DNA of 64,000 nucleotides, from the NCBI GenBank assembly GCA_009914755.4, contig CP068257.2, positions 7,232,001 through 7,296,000 on the forward strand, read 5' to 3'. This DNA is from the human T2T-CHM13v2.0 reference genome, Homo sapiens. The notes beneath the pieces were generated by a model. It was not told the DNA's origin. It saw nothing but the letters and a program-made list of their open reading frames with translations, and ran no database searches. This document shows positions 56,251 to 64,000 of this stretch, in pieces; position 1 is the stretch's first letter, and every line of letters starts with the position of its first letter. The translations under genes and the position numbers were made by a program.

Positions 56251-57919
56251 GAAATGAACGGAATGGAATGGAATGGGATGGAATCAAGCCAAGTGCAATG
56301 GAATGGAATAGAATGCAACAAAATCAACCCGAGTGGAATGGAATAGAAAGGCATGCAATGGAATGGAATGGAAAGCAATGGAATGGAATCAACCGGACTG
56401 GAATGGAATGGAATCGAAAGGAATGAATGGAATGGAATGGAATGGAAAGGTATGGATTCCACCCGAGTGGAATGGAATGGAATGGAATGGAATGCAGTGG
56501 AATGGAAGGCAATGAAATGGAATGGAAAGGAATGGAATGGAATGGAATGGAATGCAACGGAACGGAATGGAATTGAATGGCATGGAATGAACCCGAATGG
56601 AATAGAATGGAATGGAATGGAATGGAATGAAATGGAATGGAATGGAATGGTATGGAATGGAATGGAAACAACACGAATGGAATGGAACGGAAAGGAATGG
56701 AATGGAATGCTGTGGAATGGAATGGAATGGAATGAAATAAACACGAATAGAGTGGAATGGAATGGAATGGAACGGAATGGAATGGAATGGAATGGAATTG
56801 AATGGAATGAAATGGAAAGGAACGGAATGGAATTAACCGAGTGGAACGGGATGGAATGGAAAGGAATCAATCCGAGTGGAATGAAATGGAATGTAATGCA
56901 ATGGAATGGAGCGGAATCAACCTGAGTCGAATGCAATGGAATGGAATGGATTGGAGTGGAATGGAATGGAAGGTAATGGAATGGAATGGAATGGAATGGA
57001 ATGGAATGGAATGGAATGGAATTGAATGGAATGGAATGGAATCCAACGGATTCAACTGGAATGGAATAGCATAGAATGGAATGGAATGGAATGAAATCAA
57101 TCCGGTGGAATGGAATGGAATGTATGGAGTGGAATGGAATGGAATGGAGTGGAATGGAATGGAATGGAATGCAGTGGAATTTAATGGAATGGAATCAACC
57201 CGAATGGAATGGAATGGAATGGAATGGAAAGGAGTGGAATGGAATGGAATGGAATGGAATGGAATGGAATGGAATGGAATCAACCCAAATGGGATGGGAT
57301 GGAATGGAATGGAATGGAATCAACCTGAATGGAATGGAATGGAATGGAATGGAAAGGAATGGAATGGAATGGAATGGAATGGAATGGAATAGAATGGAAT
57401 CAACAAGAATGGGATGGAATAGAATGGAATGGAATGGAATGGAAAGGAATCCTATTGAAACAACTCGAGTGTAATGGAAAAGAAAGGAATGGAATGGAAT
57501 GGAATGGAATGCAATGGAATGGAATCAAACCAAGTGCAATGGAATGGAATAGAATGCAACGGAACCAACCCGAGTGGAATGGAATAGAAAGGCATGCAAT
57601 GGAATGGAATGGAAAGCAGTGGAATGGAATCAACCCGACTGGAATGGAATGGAATGGAAAGGAATGAAGGGAATGGAATGGAATGGGAAGGTATGGAATC
57701 AACCCGAGTGGAATGGAATGGAATGGAATGGAATGGAATGGAGTGGAATGGAATGGAATGGAATGGAATGGAGTGGAATGGAATGGAGTGGAATGGAATG
57801 GAGTGGAATGGAATGGAGTGGAATCGAGTGGAATGGAATGGAATGGAGTGGAATGGAAGGCAATGAAATTTTATGGAATGGAATAGAAAGGAGCGGAACA
57901 GAATGGAATTGAATGGCAT

Positions 57920-60900
57920 GGAATGGACCCGAATGCAATGGAATGGAATGGAATGGAATGGAATGGAATGGAATGGAATGGAATCAACCCAAATGGAATG
58001 GAATGGAATGAAATGGAATGGAATGGCATGGAATCAACCCGAATGGAATGGAATGGAATGGAATGGAATGGAATGGCATGGAATCAACCCGAGTGGAATG
58101 GAATGGAAAGGAATTCAATGGAATGGAAAGGAATGCAATGGTATGGAATCAACCAGAGTGGAATATTATCGAATACAATGGAATGGAACGGAATGGAATG
58201 GAATAAAATGTAATGGAATGGAATGGAATCAACCGGAGTGCAATGAAATGGAATGGAATAAAATGGAATGGAATGGAATTAAATGGAAAGGAACGGAATG
58301 GAATCAACACGAGTGGAATGGAATGGAATGGAATGGAATCAATCCGAGTGGAATGGAAAGTAATGGAATGCAAAGGAATGAAACGGAATATAATGGAATG
58401 GAATGGAAACATCCCGAGTGGAATGGAATGGTATGGAATGCAATGGAACGGAATGGAACGGAACGGAATGGAATGGAATGGAATAGATTGAATCAGAGAG
58501 GAATTGAATGGAGAGGAATGGAATGGAATGGAATGCAATAGATTCAACTCTGGTTGAATATCATGGATTGGAAAGGAATGGAATGGAATGGAATGGAGTG
58601 GAATGGAATAGAATCAACTCGAGTGCAATGGAATGTAATGGAATGGAGTGGAATGGAATGGAATGCAATGAAATGGAAAGGAATGCTATGGAATCAACCC
58701 GAGTGTAATGGAAATGAATGGAATGGAATGGAATAGAAAGGAATGAATGGAAAGGAATGGAATGGAATGGAATGGTATGGAATCAACCCGAGTGGAATGG
58801 AATGGACTGGAATGGAATAGAATGGAATGGAATGGAATGGAATGCAACAGAATCAACCCGAGTAGAATGGAATGGAAAGAAATGGAATGAAATGGAATGG
58901 AAAGGAATGGAATGGAATCAACACGAATGGAATGGAATGGAATGGAAAGGAATGAATGGAATGGAATGGAATGGAATGGAATGGTAGGGAATCAACACGA
59001 GTGGAATGGAATGGAATGGAATGGAATGGAATGCTATGCAATCAACAGGAGTGTAATGGAAATGAATGGAATGGAATGGAATGGAATGGGATGGAATGGA
59101 ATGGAATAGAATGGAATAAACCAGAGAGGAATGGAATGGAATGGATTGGAATGGAATGGAACGGATTGGAATGCTATGCAATCAACAGGAGTGTAATGGA
59201 AATGAATGGAATGGAATGGAATGGAATGGAATAAACCCAAGTGCAATGGAATGGAATAGAATGCAATGGAATAAAAAAAAAAGTGGAATGGAATAGAAAG
59301 GCATGCAATGGAATGGAATGGAAAGCAAAGGAATGGAATCAACCCGACTGGAATGGAATGGAATGGAAAGGAATGAAGGGAATGGAATGGAATGGAAAGG
59401 TATGGAATCAACTCGAGTGGAATGGAATGGAATGGAATGGAATGGAATGGAATGGAATGGAGTGGAATGGAAGGCAATGCCATGGAATGGAACGGAATGG
59501 AATGGAATGGAATGGAATGGAATGGAACGGAATGGAATTGAATGGCATGGAATGAACCCGACTGGAATGGAATGCAATGGAATGGAATGGAATGGAATGG
59601 AATGGAATCAACCCGAATGGAATGGAATGGAATGGAATGGAGTGGAATGGAATGGAATTGAATGGAATGGAATAGAATGGAATGGAAAGGAATCAACCCG
59701 AATTGAATGGAATGGAATGGATTGGAATGGAATGGAATCGAATGGAATGGAATGGAATCAACCCGAGTGGAATGGAATGGAATGGAATGGAATGGAATGG
59801 AGTGGAATGGAAGGCAATGCCATGGAATGGAATGGAATGGAATGGAATGGAATGGAATGGAATGGAACGGAATGGAATAGAATGGCATGGAATGAACCCG
59901 ACTGGAATGGAATGCAATGGAATGGAATGGAATGGAATGGAATGGAATGGAATGGAATGGAATGGAATCAACCCGAATGGAATGGAATGGAATGGAATGG
60001 AGTGGAATGGAATGGAATTGAATGGAATGGAATAGAATGGAATGGAAAGGAATCAACCCGAATTGAATGGAATGGAATGGAATGGAATGGAATCGAATGG
60101 AATGGAATGGAATCAACCCGAGTGGAATGGAATGGAATGGAATGGAATCAACCTGAATGGAATGGAATGGAATGGAATGGAAAGGAATGGAATGGAATGG
60201 AATGGAATGGAATGGAATGGAATGGAATAGAATGGAATCAACAAGAATGGGATGGAATAGAATGGAATGGAATGGAATGGAAAGGAATCCTATTGAATCA
60301 ACCCGAGTGTAATGGAAAAGAATGGAATGGAATGGAATGGAATGGAATGGAATGCAATGGAATGGAATCAAACGAAGTGCAATGGAATGGAATAGAATGC
60401 AACGGAACCAACCCGAGTGGAATGGAATAGAAAGGCATGCAATGGAATGGAATGGAAAGCAGTGGAATGGAATCAACCCGACTGGAATGGAATGGAATGG
60501 AAAGGAATGAAGGGAATGGAATGGAATGGGAAGGTATGGAATCAACCCGAGTGGAATGGAATGGAATGGAATGGAATGGAATGGAGTGGAATGGAATGGA
60601 GTGGAATCGAGTGGAATGGAATGGAATGGAGTGGAATGGAAGACAATGAAATTTTATGGAATGGAATAGAAAGGAGCGGAACAGAATGGAATTGAATGGC
60701 ATGGAATGGACACGAATCCAATGGAATGGAAGGGAATGGAATGGAATGGAATGGAATGGAATCAACCCGAATGGAATGGAATGGAATGGAATGGAATGGA
60801 ATTAAATGGAAAGGAATGGAATGGAATCAACACGAGTGGAATGGAATGGAATGGAATGGAATGGAATGGAATGGAATCAATCCGAGTGGAATGGAATGGA

Positions 60901-63900
60901 ATGGAATGGAATGCAATGGAATGGAATGGAAAGGAATGGAATGGAATGGAATGGAAGGCAAGGCAATGGAATGGAATGGAATGGAACGGAATGGAACTCA
61001 ATGGCATGGAATGAACCAGACTGGAATGGAATGCAATGGAATGGAATGGAATGGAATGGAATGGAATGGAATGGAATGGAATGGAATCAACCCGAATGGA
61101 ATGGAATGGAATGGAATGGAGTGGAATGGAATGGAATTGAATGGAATGGAATGGAATGGAAAGGAATCAACCCGAATGGAATAGAATGGAATGGAATGGA
61201 ATGGAATGGAATGGAATGGAATGGAATCAACCCGAGTGGAATGGAATGGAATGGAATTCAGTGGAATGGAACGGAATGGGATGGTATGGAATCAAGCTGA
61301 GTGGAATATTATCGAATGAAATGGAATGGAATGGGACGGTATGGAATCAACCCGAGTGGAATATTATCGAATGAAATGGAATGGAACGGAATGGAATGGA
61401 ATAAAATGTAATGGAATGCAATGGAATCAACCGGAGTGCAATGGAATGGAATGGAATAAAATGGAATGGAATGGAATTAAATGGAAAGGAACGGAATGGA
61501 ATCAACACGAGTGGAATGGAATGGAATGGAATGGAATGGAATAGAATGGAATGGAATGGAATCAACCGGAGTGCAATGGAATGGAATGGAATAAAATGGA
61601 ATGGAATGGAATTAAATGGAAAGGAACGGAATGGAATCAACACGAGTGGAATGGAATGGAATGGAATGGAATGGAATGGAATGGAATGGAATGGAATCAA
61701 TCCGAGTGGAATGGAATGGAATGGAATGCAATGGAATGAAACGGAATATAATAGAATGGAATGGAAACATCCCGAGTGGAATGGAATGGTATGGAATGCA
61801 ATGGAACGGAATGGAACAGAACGGAATGGAATGGAATGGAATAGATTGAATCAGAGAGGAATTGAATGGAGAGGAATGGAATGGAATGGAATGCAATGGA
61901 TTCAACTCTAGTTGAATATCATGGATTGGAAAGGAATGGAATGGAATGGAATGGAATGGAATGGAATGGAATGGAGTGGAATGGAATAGAATCAACTCGA
62001 GTGCAATGGAATGTAATGGAATGGAGTGGAATGGAATGGAATGCAATGAAATGGAAAGGAATGCTATGGAATCAACCCGAGTGTAATGGAAATGAATGGA
62101 ATGGAATTGAATAGAAAGGAATGAATGGAATGGAATGGAATGGAATGGAATGGAATGAAATGGAATGGTATGGAATCAACCCGAGTGGAATGGAAAGGAC
62201 TGGAATGGAATAGAATGGAATGGAATGGAATGGAATGCAATGGAATCAACCCGAGTAGAATGGAATGGAAAGAAATGGAATGAAATGGAATGGAAAGGAA
62301 TGGAATGGAATCAACACGAATGGAATGGAATGGAATGGAAAGGAATGAATGCAATGGAATGGAATGGAATGGAATGGTAGGGAATCAACCCGAGTGGAAT
62401 GGAATGGAATGGAATGGAATGGAATGGAATGGAATCCAGCCGAATGGGATGGAATGCAATGCAATGGAATGGAATGGAATAGAATCAACCCGAATGGAAT
62501 GGAACGGAATGGAATGAAAAGGAATGGAATGGAAAGGAATGGAATGGAATAGAATGGAATAAACCAGAATGGAATGGAATGGAATGGATTGGAATGGAAT
62601 GGAATGGAATGGAATGCTATGGAATCAACAGGAGTGTAATGGAAATGAATGGAATGGAATGGAATGGAATGGAATAAACCCAAGTGCAATGGAATGGAAT
62701 AGAATGCAATGGAATCAACCCAAGTGGAATGGAATAGAAAGGCATGCAATGGAATGGAATGGAAAGCAAAGGAATGGAATCAACCAGACTGGAATGGAAT
62801 GGAATGGAAAGGAATGAAGGGAATGGAATGGAATGGAAAGGTATGGAATCAACTCGAGTGGAATGGAATGGAATGGAATGGAATGCAATGGAATGGAATA
62901 GAATCAAATCGAATGGAATGGAATGGAATGGAGTGGAATGGAATGGAATTGAATGGAATGGAATGGAATGGAAAGGAATCAACCCGGATGGAATGGAATA
63001 GAATGGAATGGAATGGAATGGAATGGAATGGAATCAACCCGAGTGGAATGGAATGGAGTGGAATTCAATGGAATGAAGTGGAATGGGATGGTATGGAATC
63101 AACCCGTGTGGAATATTATCGAATGAAATGGAATGGAATGGGATGGTATGGAATCAACCCGAGTGGAATATTATCGAATTAAATGGAATGGAACTGAATG
63201 GAATGGAATAAAATGCAATGGAATGGAATGGAATCAACCAGAGTGGAATGGAATATAATGGAATGGAATTAAATCGAGAGGAACAGAATGGAATCAACAC
63301 GAGTGGAATGGAATGGAATGGAATGGAATGGAATCAACCCGAGTGGAATGGAATGGAATGGAATGGAATGGAATGAAGCGGAATATAATGCAATGGAATG
63401 GAAACATCCCGAGTGGAATGGAATGGTATGGAATGCAACGGAACGGAATGGAACAGAACGGAATGGAATGGAACGGAATAGATTGAATCAGAGAGGAATT
63501 GAATGCAGAGGAATGGATTGGAATGGAATGCAATGGATTCAACCCTAGTTGAATGTCATGGATTGGAAAGGAATGGAATGGAACGGAATGGAATGGAATG
63601 GAATGGAGTGGAATGAAATGGTGTGGAATCAACACGAATGGAAAGGAACGAAATGGAATGGAATGGAATGGAATGGACTGGAATGGAACGGAATGGAATG
63701 GAAACAACACGAATAGAATGGAACGGAATGGAATGGAATGCTGTGGAATGGAATGGAATGGAAAGGAATCAAACCGAGTGGAATGAAATGGAATGCAATG
63801 CAATGGAATGGAGCAGAATCAACCTGAGTCAAATGCAATGGAATGGAATGGAATGGAGTGGAATGGAATGGAATGGAATGGAATGGAATGGAATGGAATG

Positions 63901-64000
63901 GAACGGAATGGAATCCAATGGAATCAACTGGAATGGAATAGCACAGAATGGAATGGAATGGAATGGAATCAATCCGGGTGGAATGGAATGGAATGTATGG
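57920..64000. repeat. Copy B of the approximately 10.9-kb segmental duplication (runs off the window end); preceded at about 57.2-57.9 kb by an extra copy of the 49.2-49.83-kb sub-segment
   Basis: As above. The junction at about 57.9 kb joins sequence homologous to about 49.83 kb directly to sequence homologous to about 47.09 kb. ORF 57574..57912 matches 49547..49825 and 60417..60695 but carries an expanded (MEWSG)n run. ORF 57873..58541 then matches 47.1-47.6 kb. Confidence 0.85.

Larger units (their letters stand above)
1..64000 (+). repeat. Human/hominoid Satellite III (HSat3) tandem array, (GGAAT)n on the + strand interrupted by CAACCCGAGT-type 10-mers; extends beyond both window edges
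   Basis: Read directly. Essentially every 10-bp group is ggaatggaat or a one- or two-substitution derivative. The HSat3-defining decamer CAACCCGA[G/A]T recurs about every 50-150 bp (e.g. at 41, 326, 486, 546, 806, 1111). All + ORFs read MEWNG-type repeats and all - ORFs read IPFHS-type repeats, so orientation is constant across the window. The + strand is nearly C-free outside the decamers. Established knowledge: (ATTCC)n plus the CAACCCGAGT decamer is the definition of classical satellite III. Confidence 0.93.

Noticed and set aside
1-64000. CRISPR-like pattern: a short conserved element (CAACCCGAGT) recurring at semi-regular spacing.
   Set aside because: The repeat is only 10 bp. The intervening sequences are not unique but are themselves (GGAAT)n. 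Spacing is irregular, there are no cas genes, and the sequence is eukaryotic satellite.
1-64000. Canonical heat-shock elements (HSF1 sites) created by the GAA-dense repeat.
   Set aside because: (GGAAT)n gives GAA triplets all in one orientation every 5 bp. A canonical HSE needs alternating inverted nGAAn and nTTCn units on the same strand. I could not confirm such arrangements by eye, so no regulatory-site feature is called.
1-64000. tRNA, rRNA, other ncRNA genes, promoters and terminators.
   Set aside because: No sequence departs from satellite derivatives long enough to hold such an element, and nothing resembles the conserved boxes or stems of these features.

Overview
End to end, this 64-kb window is one uninterrupted tandem array of classical human (hominoid) pericentromeric Satellite III (HSat3). 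I see no protein-coding genes, RNA genes, CRISPR arrays, mobile-element insertions or any non-satellite DNA, and nothing prokaryotic.

The + strand carries the purine-rich pentamer GGAAT throughout, with no strand switch. The pentamer runs are interrupted roughly every 50-150 bp by the HSat3 signature 10-mer CAACCCGAGT and its one- or two-mismatch variants (CAACCCGAAT, CAACCTGAGT, CAACACGAAT, CAATCCGGGT and others). The + strand is almost devoid of C except in those 10-mers and in longer divergent blocks.

Every ORF in the supplied track is an artefact of the repeat. (GGAAT)n has no stop codon in any + frame and reads (MEWNG)n. (ATTCC)n has none in any - frame and reads (IPFHS)n. Open frames of up to about 1.5 kb are therefore expected by chance and should not be annotated.

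The real content is the large-scale repeat architecture:
- (i) A near-identical 1644-bp tandem duplication at 1-3298.
- (ii) A mosaic middle region (about 5.3-33.7 kb) of shuffled 0.55-2-kb modules, including a 1.73-kb tandem duplication near 13.35-16.8 kb.
- (iii) A higher-order repeat of about 3.64-3.84 kb present in about 3.5 copies from about 33.7 to 47.0 kb.
- (iv) A 10.9-kb segmental duplication (about 47.1-53.1 kb versus 57.9-64.0 kb), separated by a 4.8-kb block with its own 290-bp and 1.78-kb periodicities.
- (v) Two sequence variants of a recurring ~100-bp non-pentameric block, which partition the window into sub-domains.

Where duplicated copies differ, the differences are mostly indels in multiples of 5 bp plus local tandem duplications of 40-134 bp, the footprint of slippage and unequal exchange.

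I could not run alignments. All identities and periods are read by eye from the sequence and from identical ORF translations, and are approximate. I found no candidate for a novel protein-based system; the hypothesis that one is present is not supported.
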